A stretch of DNA of 64,000 bases, taken from positions 15,190,001-15,254,000 of the forward strand of contig OZ024766.1 of assembly GCA_964016885.1 (NCBI GenBank), written 5' to 3'. Positions 50,471 to 64,000 of the stretch are shown in pieces. A program made the position numbers and the translations under genes. Position 1 is the first letter of the stretch; each line of letters opens with the position of its first letter. The notes below the pieces were generated by a model, which made no database searches, was not told the origin of the DNA, and saw only the letters and a list, made by a program, of their open reading frames with translations. Source of the stretch: Eledone cirrhosa. Taxonomy: Eukaryota.

Positions 50471-51624
50471 TATGCAAAAGTTCTATTTAAATTGTTGGGA
50501 TACAACAAGCAAATATGTTTATAACTGATATAAAGCACTCAACAAGTATTTGGAATAAACATACGATATTAACAATCCTTTTGTATTTTATGTACTCAAT
50601 TATATTATGTACTATATTGATTTATACTTCTCTCTATATGTGAGTATATATGTATATGTGTATATTGACATACATGTACATGCGTTCTATGCATTTTTAT
50701 GAATATATTGACATACATGTACATGCGTTCTATGCATTTTTATGAATATATGTCTGTCTGTATGTATGCATGCGTGACGCGTATCTACCAATTGGCTGAG
50801 GATGCACACACATGTATATATATGTATATGTAAGAATTGTGTGTGTACATGTACATGTATACCCATACAATTTGATTGCAGATAGACATTACTAACAGCC
50901 ATAAATGCATACCAGCTAATCTTATATATTTATATATATATATTAAAAACATTTTTTATAAAAAATATTTTATTTAATGACACAAAGGATGGATAACATT
51001 AAATTAAAAATTCATTTATGCTTTGTATGTATATATTATATACGTGGTTAGATATGGTGTGTATTTTGTGAGTGTGTGTGTATATATATATATTTATGTG
51101 TATTTTTGCGTGCGTGTACGTGTTATATGATATGTAGTTCTCTAGCAATATATAGATTTCTTAATGTTTAGATTCCAAGTTTTAATATATTGATCTCAAT
51201 TTTTAAACTAAATATCTAATCATAGTTAAACAATGATTAATTTCTCATATTATGTATGTATATTCCATTCATGATTATTAATATTTCTAATTTTATTTAT
51301 TCATTTCATCTCAATTGTTAAGTTAACTTAATATGACATGACTTAATGTGTTCATTCTTTCCCCCTCTCTCTATCTCTCTATTTTTCTCTCTGTCTGGTG
51401 TTTTGATATATCTCTCTCGTTTTTCTCTCCTTTTTCTTTTTTCTTGTTTTCTTTCTTTCTTTCTCCCTTTTCTCTCTCTCCGTCCTTTTCCTTATCTGTA
51501 ACACTACGACTTATTTTAAAAATACTAATATAAGTAAACAACTCCACTATCCCTGAGTCTTCCAAAAGTAACGGTTGCATTTTGTAAGGGTATGTCAATA
51601 TTTATTTATAAAACTGTTATATAT

Positions 51625-51693
51625 TGTATTTTGTCTGATGAAAGCATACCATAATTTAACATGGTATCCTTGAAATATGTATAATGAAATAGA
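51625..51693 (+). ncRNA. Type I minimal hammerhead ribozyme motif (second copy)
   Basis: tattttgt-CTGATGA-aagcataccat aatttaac atggtatcctt-GAAA-tatgta-TA-atgaaata. Stem II differs in sequence from the 50402 copy but still pairs. Confidence 0.68.
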
Positions 51694-52391
51694 TATGGTT
51701 TTATAAATATAGTTTCCATTTGTTAATATCGTTAAATAAAATAAATATAATTTTATAAATCATCATCACCGTTTTACGTCCGTTCTTCCATGCTAGCATG
51801 GGTTAGACGGGTTGTCCTGTTGTGGGCAGTGTCTGGTCGGCTGACCATGCCTTGCTCATACAGGAACTGATTTTGGCTTTTCTATAGCCGGATGCCCTTC
51901 CTAACACCAACCTCATTTACAGTGAGTGTTGAGTGCTTTTTTCCGTGGCGCCTATACGTCCACTTTACAGTGTGGGCTGGGTGCTTTTTTTGTGTGGCAC
52001 CTCCACGACCACTTTGCAGTGGGAGGGTGTGGGGTCATATTGTCTATATGCTTCAGCTTGAACCCATGGGAGGTCGGGTACTCTGTATTACTGCGTGACG
52101 CCAGAGGTCACGGTCGTGTGTCATCGCCTTTGAGAGGTGTGTGTTTATATATACAAATAAATTATCGAGAATCGGAATCTCGGCCCATGAAATAATGAAA
52201 CACAATCAAAGTGCTCAATAGTTTGGATAAACCAGAGCTATAACTAACGTTTAAATACCAACACACTGAGATAATGCATAAAATCATTCGCACAGCCGAA
52301 AAAAACGACCAAGAAAATTCGGGTCAGACAAATAATAAATATATATATATATATTTTTTCTTTTAACATATATGTGTATATAAAATATATA

Positions 52392-52466
52392 CAGGGTCTC
52401 CCAAAAAATGTATACACACTTCAACTACAGTCTATGTAAGTGTGTATACATTTTGGGGGGACACTG
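52392..52466. mobile_element. 75-bp Tc1/mariner-type MITE
   Basis: TA|cagggtctcccaaaaaatgtatacacactt ... aagtgtgtatacattttggggggacactg|TA. Confidence 0.8.
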
Positions 52467-52904
52467 TAATATACATATCATTAAACGTATCTCCTACATG
52501 TGTATAAATAAATATACATGTATTTTATTAACAATTTTCTGTAGAATCTGTTAAACATGGAAGAAAATGTGGAGACTAAATAAAATTAACGTGTTGGTCA
52601 CATTAACTTAATAATATAACTATATATTAATGAAATATGTCGAAATAAAAGTTGTAATTGTGACAAAAATATTGATTCGGTAGTTTATTATGACCAAGAC
52701 TACTCATTATCCCACTACATCTTTTGTATACTATATATATACTGTTTATATATATATACACACACACATATAATTGCGTATTCACACATTATCTTAGTAA
52801 TGAAATAATAATTTTAGTAAATTGTTCAAAAGGCAATTCCTTCCTCAATCATTACATAGATGTGTGTATGTAATAATTATTTTGTATTGTGTGTCTATTT
52901 AGGA

Positions 52905-54030
52905 ATATGTGTAGATGTGTGTGTGTGTAACACAGTAGATGTGTGTGTATGTAACACAATAGATGTGTGTGTATGTAACCCAGTAGATGTGTGTGTATGT
53001 AACTCAGCAGATGTGTGTGTGTAACACAGTAGATGTGTGTGTATGTAACTCAGCAGATGTGTGTGTATGTAACACAGTAGATGTGTGTGTGTGTGTAACA
53101 CAGTATATGTATTTGTATGTAACACACTAGATGTGTGTGTATATATAACACAGTAGATGTGTATGTAACACAGTAGATGTGTATATATAACACAGTAGAT
53201 GTGTGTATATGTAACACAGTAGATGTGTATATATAACACAGTAGATGTGTATGTAACACAGATGTGTATATATAACACAGTAGATGTGTGTGTATGTAAC
53301 ACAGATATGTGTGTATGTAACACAGTAGATGTGTATGTAACACAGTAGATGTGTATATATAACATAGTAGATGTGTGTGTATGTAACACAGATGTGTGTA
53401 TGTAACTCAGCAGATGTGTGTGTGTAACACAGTAGATGTGTGTGTATGTAACTCAGCAGATGTGTGTATGTAACACAGTAGATCAGTAGATGTGTGTGTG
53501 TGTGTAACACAGTATATGTATGTGTATGTAACACACTAGATGTGTGTGTATATATAACACAGTAGATGTGTATGTAACACAGTAGATGTGTGTGTATGTA
53601 ACACAGTAGATGTGTATATATAACACAGTAGATGTGTATGTAACACAGTAGATGTGTATATATAACACAGTAGATGTGTGTGTATGTAAACAGATGTGTG
53701 TGTATGTAACACAGTACATGTGTGTATGTAACACAGTAGATGTGTATGTAACACAGTAGATGTGTATATATAACACAGTAGATCTGTGTATATATAACAC
53801 AGTAGATGTGTGTGTATGTAACACAGTAGATCTGTGTGCATGTAACACAGTAGATGTGTGTGTATGTAACACAGTAGATGTGTGTATGTAACAGTATATG
53901 TATGTGTATGTAACACACTAGATGTGTGTGTATATGTAACACAGTAGATGTGTATGTAACACAGTAGATCTGTGTGTATGTAACACAGTACATGTGTGTA
54001 TGTAACACAGTAGATGTGTGTGTATGTAAC
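52905..54030. repeat. ~22-28-bp variable minisatellite (agtagatgtgtgtgtatgtaacac)
   Basis: Direct tandem units with variable (TG)n/(TA)n length. Confidence 0.92.
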
Positions 54031-54924
54031 TAAAGTGTAACGTACATTACGAATGGACAACTAAAAGATTTTAACTTGTTTTTTAACAATTCATGGTAGA
54101 AAAAAATTTAAATTGTCTCAATTCAGACCATAAAGGGCCGCAACACACGGTGTTTGACACACTTACCGGCTACATAGCCTCGGGGTCTATTTTACTGAGA
54201 CCGGCTACATAGCCTCGGGGTCTATTTTACTGAGACCGGCTACATATCTTCTTCCTAAAATCTTCCAACATAATTTTATACAAGAACCACATGTGAAGTT
54301 ACTAATAAAATAATTAATAATTAAACACTTCAGTAAATCCTTCAAATGATATCTCAGTAATGAAATAATTAATAATTGTTATAAATACCTCAAAATTCCT
54401 CATTAATTAAACCCAAGACAGGTAAAAACTCCAGAGTCTTTCAATCGGACATGAAACAAATTAATTTCTAATGGAAGAAGTAAAGATTTTAAAGTCAGCC
54501 AAGGGAGATCACTCTCAGCGACTTATCGTAATTCTCGTTCCTGAATTAATCCGGATGAAAATATTCCGGTGTATTTTGTGTGGAGGAAACCGGATTTAGG
54601 CGGTGATAGCACGCAGTACATGAACGTATGGTTCGTGAGTTCGAATCCCAGACCGGGTGGTCTGTACGTCGGGGCCTTGAACAAGACACTTTATTTCTCT
54701 TTGTTTTATTTTACCCAGCTGGCAAAGATAATAAGTTGTAATAATTATAGTGGAAACGTTGTTACATAGAATTGTCACACTGAATCTCCCTGAGAAGAAT
54801 GTCAACGGTATACGTGTCAATGAAATACTCAGACACATTATAATATAAGACGGGTTCTACATGTATTTCAAAGGGAAGCCATGCCATACGTCTTACTGAA
54901 TCTCCCTGAGAACTACGTATATAC

Positions 54925-55992
54925 TAGTGACTATCAGACATAGTGTATCTAGGATCACATTATCTAATGTACAGTACAGTAGTTAGTATTAGTGGCTATA
55001 AGACATAGTTTATCTAGGACTACATTATCTAATGTACAGTACAGTAGTTAGTATTAGTGGCTATAAGACATAGTATATCTAGGACTACATTATCTAATGT
55101 ACAGTATAGTGGCTATCAGACATAGTGTATCTAGGACTCCATTATCTAATGTACAGAATAGTGGCTATCAGACATAGTGTACCTAGGACTACATTATCTA
55201 ATGTACAGTATAGTGGCTATCAGACATAGTGTACCTAAGACTACATTGTCTAATGTACAGTATAGTGTCTATCAGACATAGTGTATCTAGGACTACATTG
55301 TCTAATGTACAGTATAGTGGCTATCAGTCATAGTGTACCTAGGACTACATTATCTAATGTACAGTATAGTGGCTATCAGACATAGTGTATCTAGGACTAC
55401 ATTATCTAATGTGCAGTATAGTGGCTGTAAGACATAGTATATCTAGGACTACATTATCTAATATACAGTATAGTGGCTATCAGACATAGTGTATCTAGGA
55501 CTACATTATCTAATGTACAGTATAGTGGCTGTAAGACATAGTGTATCTAGGACTACATTATCTAATGTACAGTATAGTGGCTATCAGACATAGTGTATCT
55601 AGGACTACATTATCTAATGTACAGTATAGTGGCTATCAGACATAGTGTATCTAGCACTACATTATCTAATGTACAGTATAGTGTCTATCAGACATAGTGT
55701 ACCTAGGACTACATTATCTAATGTACAGTATAGTGGCTATCAGACATAGTGTATCTAGGACTACATTATCTAATGTACAGTATAGTGGCTGTAAGACATA
55801 GTATATCTAGGACTACATTATCTAATGTACAGTATAGTGTCTATCAGACATAGTGTATCTAGGACTACATTATCTAACGTACAGTATAGTGTCTATCAGA
55901 CATAGTGTACCTAGGACTACATTGTCTAATGTACAGTATAGTGTCTATCAGACATAGTGTACCTAGGACTACATTGTCTAATGTACAGTATA
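54925..55992. repeat. 52-bp minisatellite, ~20 copies
   Basis: Unit agtatagtggctatcagacatagtgtatctaggactacattatctaatgtac. Confidence 0.93.
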
Positions 55993-56029
55993 GCAGTTAG
56001 TATTTGTGGCTATCATTATTATAGACTTC

Positions 56030-56877
56030 AAGTCGGTAGAGGGTCAGACGCCATGCTTTCCAGCATAGTTACGTCCCTTTACGATCTGAGTTCAAATCCC
56101 GCCGAGGTTGACTTTGCCTTTCATCCTTACGGGGTCGATAAAATAAAGTACCAGTAATGCACTGGGTAATTGCTGGCCTTGTGCCTAAAGTAGAAATAAT
56201 TATTATAGACTTCAAGTAAATCTTTGTCAACTTACCTCCTTCACATATAATCAATGTGTTGTGTTGTTAGTTGTTACTAAACAACCAAAGAAATAATCTC
56301 TTTGTTATCAAATTAAAAGTTTCAAAGATGTTATCAGCTTTATTTCACGACATTAACGTTGGTGTATCTTCTTCATCTTTAGTCATGAATTGATATCTTG
56401 TCAGAATGAAGTAGTGAGGATGACTTTATGTCTTTAGCTACAGATTTGATAGGAAATATATATATATTAGGTTGATATGTGGTCTAAAATATATATATTG
56501 TCTATAAATGACTGATAGCAGATGTTCTGGTGAAATAGTAGTTTTACTACTACAGATTGTAATGGAACTCTTAGTAGACACAATTGTAAAGTAAGAATAG
56601 ATATGACAGTGTAAGACTGATGTCGGGGAAATAAACTTGTGTATATATATATAATTGTTACACAAGATATAATTAGATTAATTAAAGTTATAATTGTTTC
56701 TACTTTAGGCACAAGGCCAGCAATTAACCAGTGCATTACTGGTACTTTATTTTATCGACCCCGTAAGGATGAAAGGCAAAGTCAACCTCGGCAGGATTTG
56801 AACTCAGATCGTAAAGGGACGTAACTATGCTGGAAAGCATGGCGTCCGACCCTCTACCGATACTGCCAATTCACCGC
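56030..56877. mobile_element. Inverted pair of young SINEs (56030-56200 plus; 56690-56877 minus)
   Basis: Near-identical reverse complements; both give the ...GTLFYRPRKDERQSQPR.DLNSDRKGT pseudo-ORF. Confidence 0.85.
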
Positions 56878-57775
56878 AATGAAGGCAGCAGGTACTCGGT
56901 GTCGTTGTGCATGTTTCAACTCTCTTCCCGGTGTCATACGTTAAAAGTCCCTGATATAATTTAATACCTTCAGACACAGTTCCAATCGTTTTTAGTTTAT
57001 TGTAAATCAGAAAGTATCACTCAATAAAATATCAATTATATATCAATAAGAAAACCTCTAGGTAGTCTCACTGACTGCTAGAAATAGCAGCGATATTACC
57101 CATTACAACTGCTCTCTCTCTCTCTCTATATATATATACACACATATATGTACGTATGTATGTATATGTGTATATATGTGTATGAATGAGTGTGTATGTG
57201 TGTATATGTGTACATAGGGTTTTGGTATATGTACGTTTGGTGAACATATGTGTATTTACCTGTATGTATGTGTGAGTGTGCGTTCTATACGCATTTATGC
57301 GTGTTTATTTATATATGTATTTATAATTATATGTATATATACACACACAAACATATATTTATATGTGTATTTGGTGCATACAATCGTATGTGTGCGGGTA
57401 TATGTGTTGCGCCGGTTTACGTCCGTGCGCGCCTGTTTATGTGTACGTATATGTATATGCATGCATGCCGTGAGTTTTCGCATATGCTCGTGTATAAATG
57501 TGTGTATGTATATATTTAATTATTATTACTTTTATGATTTTAATAACATCTGTCATTTTCGTTCAACTAATTTATTTACATTATTCTGGACTCCGAAGCC
57601 GAGCATCATTCAGTTTCCTTAATAGAATATTAGTCTACGACTCCATTTACACCATAAACGTGGTTTTGTCTTTACGTGTAATTGTTGTCACCGCTCCACA
57701 TAACGACGTATTATCTTCTTTTTCCCGTTCATTGCCAGGGAACGTCTTCACGAATCAAAGCATAAATTATTTTCA

Positions 57776-58342
57776 CGAGCTGACGTACCCAGCTTCGCCC
57801 GGGTAAACAGATGATAAAAGAAAAGGTCCCTATTTACTCCCTTCACAACTCTGTATGTTAGACTGACAGACAGGCACACAGACAGATAAACTGCGTGGCG
57901 ATTGTGGAACGCCGCACGTATACACACATACACGCACACAAACTTACACACACACCCGTGCACTTACACACACGCACACACTCACACATGTTGATAGTTT
58001 TTACATTCTGTGGAACGCTGCACGCACGCACACATACATAAACATACGCGCACGTACATACACACGCACACATGTTAATAGTTATTGCTTTCCTTCCCCT
58101 CTTATTTCCACACACATCACACACACACACACACACACGTCTCTACACTGACACATATACATAGTGTATCCAACACAGCGTTCACTTTGCCTCTCTCTCG
58201 CCTCTCTCTCTCATTGGCATTATACATATTAATTTAAGTTTGGCGTCGTTGAGGTGGGCGGAGTTGTTTGAAACCTATGAACCAATGATAATCGAGAATT
58301 ATGACACATGGAATATTGACATTGTTGAAATTAATATATAGA
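57776..58342 (-). mobile_element. 567-bp non-autonomous Helitron (deletion derivative of the adjacent large Helitron)
   Basis: The 5' end is TCTATATATTAAT at 58342. The body matches 63760-64000. The 3' hairpin cccgggcgaagctggg is followed by CTCG|T. Confidence 0.8.
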
Positions 58343-61300
58343 CTAGCTGACGTACCTAGCTTCGCCTGGGTAAACAGATGATAAGAGAAGACAGGTAAAA
58401 GAGAAAATGTCTGTATTGGATGTTTGTCTGGTTACAGTGTGAGGCGAGTCCGTGGTGTCTGTGTGATACAAAAAAACAGTAAAAATAATCTTCCCGATAT
58501 ACCAGATTCTTCGTTGTCCGGTTTGTGCATAGTATATGAACAATTCTAGGTGCTCCCACCTAGAATAGTGACCTCTAGGAGATGGTTCCTCTTCTGCCTG
58601 ACTGGAAAACGTGTATCATTGCATAGACGTGGTTGTTCCACGTTTCTCAAAAGGATGATGGAAGTTCCAATCTTTTATATTATTTGTAGATATAGATATA
58701 GATAATTAATAAAAAAGATGTCCGTCAATGTAAAGAAGGTCCCTATTTACTTGAAATGGTTTATACAAATGCCAAATTAATATGGATATGGATAACATGC
58801 TTATCTATAAGTGGTCAGCTATAATAATAAACCAACAAATTATATGACACAAAAATTTATTCAGTAATTTCCAGGCTCTTAGCCACTGAGTAATAGACAG
58901 TCAATATTGCCCAGATTTCAACTCGGGGAGGTGGCCTGGTTTGAACTCAAAATGGCGGATCCTTCTACTTCGAAAATAGAATGGTTTTTCAATATTACTC
59001 TAGCCCTGGCCGGCCATAGGCACCAAACTTTTTGCCAGACTCAGCATATGATGAGGTTTTATTACCACTGCAATCAGAAGCGATAAATTTGAAGGCAATT
59101 TCTACCAATACTTGTTGGTTTTTATTGCTCATTATCGACAATAAATGACATTGAACATAAATGATAACTCTGCCAAAGCTCACAATACAGATGAAAGGAA
59201 ACCAATGTCCGAATCATATACGTCGCTTATTGATAGCATTAAAGATATGCATACATCAGCTCAAAGCTTCATTATAGACAATATTTAGGTTTGTTCCTCT
59301 GTTAGTGGTATCAATTGCAAATTTTATACCATCAGGATCGCACACTCGAGATGCAGCAACATAGAGTTGCCCATGGCTGGATCATTCAAGCAGATACCGA
59401 CTCGCTTGAAAGTCTGTCCCTGTGCCTTGTTGACAGTCATGGAGAAGGCCAAATTGACGGGAAACTGTCTCCTTTGCCAAATAAATGGCAGCAGATCTTC
59501 ACTTGGTCTCAGCATGATCCTCGGAATGAGAACCGATGCCTCTCTGCCTGGGAGTTTAGCTTCTAAAACTCTTCCGTTAATCAATCTCTCAACAATCAAT
59601 CTGGTACCATTGCAAAGACCCATTTTATGATTGATATTTCTAAGCAATATAATCGGCAAACCCTTTTTCAACCTCAAAATATGTGGGGGAAATCCGGGTA
59701 TTTGAAGTGAATTCAGATACTCAGTCGGAACATCCATACTGTTCTGCTGATTAGGCTCCATTGCATCCGCACTGACGGTCAACCATTCCTCTCCAGGAAA
59801 CATTCCGGCTACTTGTGAATTTATTTCATCGACCGTTGCATTCGTATGAGTTAGAATAACACGTTCCGATATTCAGGAGATATTCTGCCAAAAAGCATTC
59901 AAATTAGGGAACACCCAGTCAATCAATCAAGCCTTGGCGGTCCAGTGGCATGACCAAATGGTCTGGGATTTATACAGTCTGATTATCACCAGCGTGTGGC
60001 AATTCATCGTTTCCCAACTGCATCAACCATCGGCCGTATGTCTCAGCCTCTTCGTTTTGCCCGAACATAGGAAGTCGCATATTATCGTGTAATCGCAAAA
60101 CTCTGAAATGGCGCCACAACGGGGACTTTTTCAGACATGCATTGACAATTTGTGCTCTTTGAGCATTCCTAACAATTGGTAGCACCTGTCTGAAATCGCC
60201 ACCAACAACGATAGTCTTACCACTGAATGGCAGGTCACTAACGCAGATATCTCTCAAAGTTCTGTCCAATGCCTCCAGCAAATATCTGTGTGCCATTGGA
60301 GCCTTGTCCCAAATAATCAGAGACGTATTGCGTATAAGGCCCGCGAGTTCACTTTGTCCTGTAATATTACAGAAACTCAACTCATCTGGAGCCAATGGAG
60401 CCTTGAAGCATGAGTGGAAGGTCCTTCCACCACTCAGCAAAGTGGCAGCGATGCCCCTGGTGGGCACAGGGAGAGCAATCTTCCTCTGAGCTCTGACTGC
60501 CGATAACATAGTCTTTCCGGTGCCTCCTGGAACATCTATGAAAGCACAAAGTTGCTCATTAGTGGAAATCGAGTGGAGAGCGCCATCAACCAATTCTCTG
60601 TGAGATTGGGTCAACATTGGCATACGTTCATCCACAATACGTTGCTGTTCCAGTGGATCAAACTGGAATAGTTCCCTCCGATCGAGTGGCAACCGTCTAA
60701 GCTGCAATCTCATGTTCAATGCTAAGACACGTTGCCGCATTTCTTCATCAGGAATTGGTAAATTGAAATCTGTTAAACATTTCAAATGAACTTCGAGCAG
60801 TTGCTCAATATTGAGCAAAACAATAGCTTTCAGCAAATTTTCATCATAGACCTGAAGATGGTGCCTAAAATCATCAGCCATAATTCCCCAATGGCGTTCG
60901 AATAACTCTCTTGGATTGGCAGGATTGCAGAATCCTAGAATCGTGACAAACAACTGCCTTATTCGAGCTGGCATCTGTGTTGTTCCTGCAGCTTCCATGG
61001 CGTTATACCATTCAGCGTCATCCTGAAGGAGTCCCAGATGCTGACACACAGCCTGGTATCTTTTATATTCCACGCCATTGATTGTTTTCAAATCAGCGAA
61101 GCTCTGTTTACCTCTCGAAAAATCACTATGCAACAGAACTCGGAGATAAAACACATCACCAGATGCTGGATGGACATTACAAACCCGTCCAATAGTCATG
61201 AATCTCAACTTTTGTTTTCTATCATTCCATTTCTTTCCCTTCTTATCCCACGTATAGTGCGAAGGGAAATCGCAGTAGAGTTGCTTTTGATCCGGGTTCA

Positions 61301-64000
61301 AAGCATGTTCCCTATTATGCTTGAACCACTCAGTCAATTCCGTCTTAGGAGGTGGTGCGTTAGCAATTCTTTCGATACCTCTTCTAGTGTCCTTAAAACA
61401 GACCATTTGCCTATTCTCTAAGTGAACCGTCAGTTTCTGAACGCTGTGTTTGCGTTCATTGAGATCAAAATCGAACAATCTCCAGCAAGCTTCGCTAGAT
61501 CCAATCGAGCGAACATCCTGGAACCTGCCAACTTCATCTCCTTGGTTCACTTCCTCATTCCTGACATTCATCATTGCCCCATCATGACCTTTGTAAACAT
61601 ATTTGAATAGATATTTGCAAGCTTTCACTGAGCTACAAATTTCCACATTAATATGACAACGATATTTCATAATCAAATTTGGATTGTATGGCACAACCCA
61701 TTGATTTGTAACCTGTCGACCGTTTACATTTTCGACCAAACCGCCATCGGCAGGCGACCGTCTTCTGTATGAGGGATGAGCATCCCCATCATTCCAGGAA
61801 GTGTTCGTGACAAAAGATTTCGGAAAGTGCTTACTGCATTGGCCATTTTTCATGCAAGGCGCTTTCCGATTTGCCACTCCGCATTGGTTGTGCACCATTG
61901 ACTTTGCCACCAAGTTGCATAGTACCTCATTCTCCGGCAGTTCAGCACACACAATGCTGTCGACATCCTCAGCACATCACAATTTGCAATGTCTATGTAA
62001 AATGATCAGCAAATGTGCATGTGGCAATCCTCTTTTTTGGAATTCAATTACGTATGTAAAAGCAACTATACTTCCAAAGATTCCCTCTTTTTCCACATCA
62101 TCCATTATCTTTTTCAGATATCCTTTGAATACTCTTGCCACAATATCAGGACGGTCCTTTGGCTGTTGTCCTGGCAAAAGTGCATCCTTAATATCAGTCC
62201 ATTCAGGATTGCATGTAACCGTTATAAACAAATCTGGCTTTCCAAACTTTCTGACAATAGCCATTGCATCCTGATAGCGAATGTTCATATATCTCGGGCC
62301 GCCGATGAACGACGATGGAAAAATGATGCGTCGACCAATTTGCTTGTAATTGGCATCATTGGCTGTTATCGCATCCTGTATATTATTATACAATTCAGCT
62401 CTGATATGTTGCTGATGTGTAGCTATATAATTTAGCCTTTGATTTTCGATCTTTGCGTATGCCATACAACAGTATTCCTGGAACAATCTGCTGGCTTGAA
62501 ATAGCGCATTTCTCTGTTGATTCCTCTCGTTCAAATGGAACGCGTAAAAGTCGCGAATCGAATTATTGTGTCTATTGCCACCTCCCTGTTGATGCTGATT
62601 CTCATGATCATCTAAATGAACAGACATGTTCCATCCATTTTCACCTTTTGGGAATAAAAGAACATAATGCAATGGATGGTATGTCCTATTTGACTCATTG
62701 ATAGTTTTGAGACCACCATCTCTGCGATTGAGGGCGATATCTCTCGATCCAGGCTTATCGTCCATCAACACAGCAACTTCACGAAATCATTTAGGGGCAT
62801 TATATCGCCGTTCGTGTTGATTCCTTGGCACTGCGTTAGCCTTAATCATCAATGTTTGTTGCTGAACATTCTGCAGTTCAGCCACCAACATGAAATCCAT
62901 AACATAAGGATTACACTGTCTAAGCCATGATTGCAAATCATGGATCAAATCACTTAACCTTTGCCGTTCAAGTTCAGTTATATTTCCCAGCAACTTCATC
63001 CAACCGATCCTGATATCCTCCTCCGATTCACTATAATCTGGATCGTTAACGTAAATTTGAGCGAATCAAGGCCTCTCTCCTGGGGTAACTTCTAAATTAC
63101 CGATACAATGATACAAACGGCATTGAATGACGACATTCGGTTGCCATGCTCCACTCTCAAACATCTAACTCTCTGCGATGCTAAAGCTAATAAATTGTTA
63201 ATTTGCCGCGAATATTTGCGCAGTAATCTACCTCGGTCTCATTGATCACCCCACATACTTAGTATTTTAAACTTCGGTGACTCCCCATCATCCGGCATTC
63301 GCAAAGGTTCTAGTTGAACTGCTCCTTTGTGACAGCACATTGTGGTCCACGTCTTTTCGTGCCACCAAAGCAATGCTCCACAATGTGGAGACCCTGCTCG
63401 TCCACCAATCTGACAGTGACACGGTTGCCATGATCCATTTTTGATATCATTCGTTCGCCTTCTAGCCTCTTTACTGGAATGAGGAGCACTTTGCGACACA
63501 TTCCCTGAACTTCTGTATTGCGCTGGTGCTGTTCAGCCAGCTCCTCTTCATCCATCGGAGCACGCCATTGCTGCTGAATTCTGGCCACCTGCTGATGATG
63601 CTCAGCCAGTTCGTTTTTCAACCATCGCAGCACTCCGTCGCCGCTGTAGTTCACTGTTTGATAAAGTCGAATTGCTTTTCTTATCAGTATTCATTTGGAG
63701 CAATTGTAAAAAAAAATGACACAATAATAAATATAAAAGATGTCCGTCAATGTAAAGAAAGGTCCCTATTTACTCCCTTCACAACTCTGTGTATGACAGA
63801 CAGGCACACAGACAGATAAACTGCGCGGCGATTGTGGAACGTCACACACATACACGCATGGAAACGCGCACACGCCCGCAAACTTACACACGCACACACT
63901 CACACATGTTGATAGTTTTTACTTTCTGTGGAACACTGCACGCACGCACACACACATAAACATACGCGCACATACATACACACGCATACATGTTAATAGT
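58343..64000 (-). mobile_element. Large Helitron (5' end lies outside the window)
   Basis: RepHel pseudogene. The 3' hairpin cccaggcgaagctagg is followed by CTAG at 58346-58343. Confidence 0.9.
59260..63650 (-). pseudogene. Helitron Rep-PIF1 helicase, frameshifted
   Basis: Rep motifs PDLFITVTCNPEW, EFQKRGLPHAH and KYLFKY. Helicase motifs PGGTGKT, IIWDKAPM, GGDFRQVLP and QFPV.LAFSMTVNKAQGQT. Confidence 0.93.

Noticed and set aside
52895-54060. His/Tyr/Cys-rich ORFs resembling metal-binding proteins
   Set aside because: They are translations of a TG/TA-rich minisatellite.

Overview
This is eukaryotic, AT-rich, repeat-dense DNA. It is very probably cephalopod (Octopus-like), judging from the [10 protein letters not shown]2H2 arrays, tRNA-derived SINEs and RTE LINEs with (GAT)n tails. 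One host gene can be reconstructed on the minus strand from six symmetric phase-1 exons (22691-22840, 21429-21572, 20540-20797, 11504-11692, 4755-4889, 2409-2546). It encodes EGF/laminin-EGF-like repeats and an F-type-lectin-like domain, and carries one in-frame TGA and one GT>AT donor. The rest is transposon-derived. It includes a TTAA/piggyBac-type MITE family that grows internal satellites, a near full-length Tx1/L1-clade LINE inserted inside one of those satellites, RTE LINEs with a PHD-like finger, and a deleted Gypsy element. It also includes a hAT with an intact 905-aa transposase and 8-bp TSD, Helitrons with a head-to-tail junction, a C2H2 zinc-finger pseudogene and several minisatellites. 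Three to four minimal hammerhead-ribozyme motifs are present. Most short ORFs in the track are repeat artefacts. All calls were made by eye, with no database searches.
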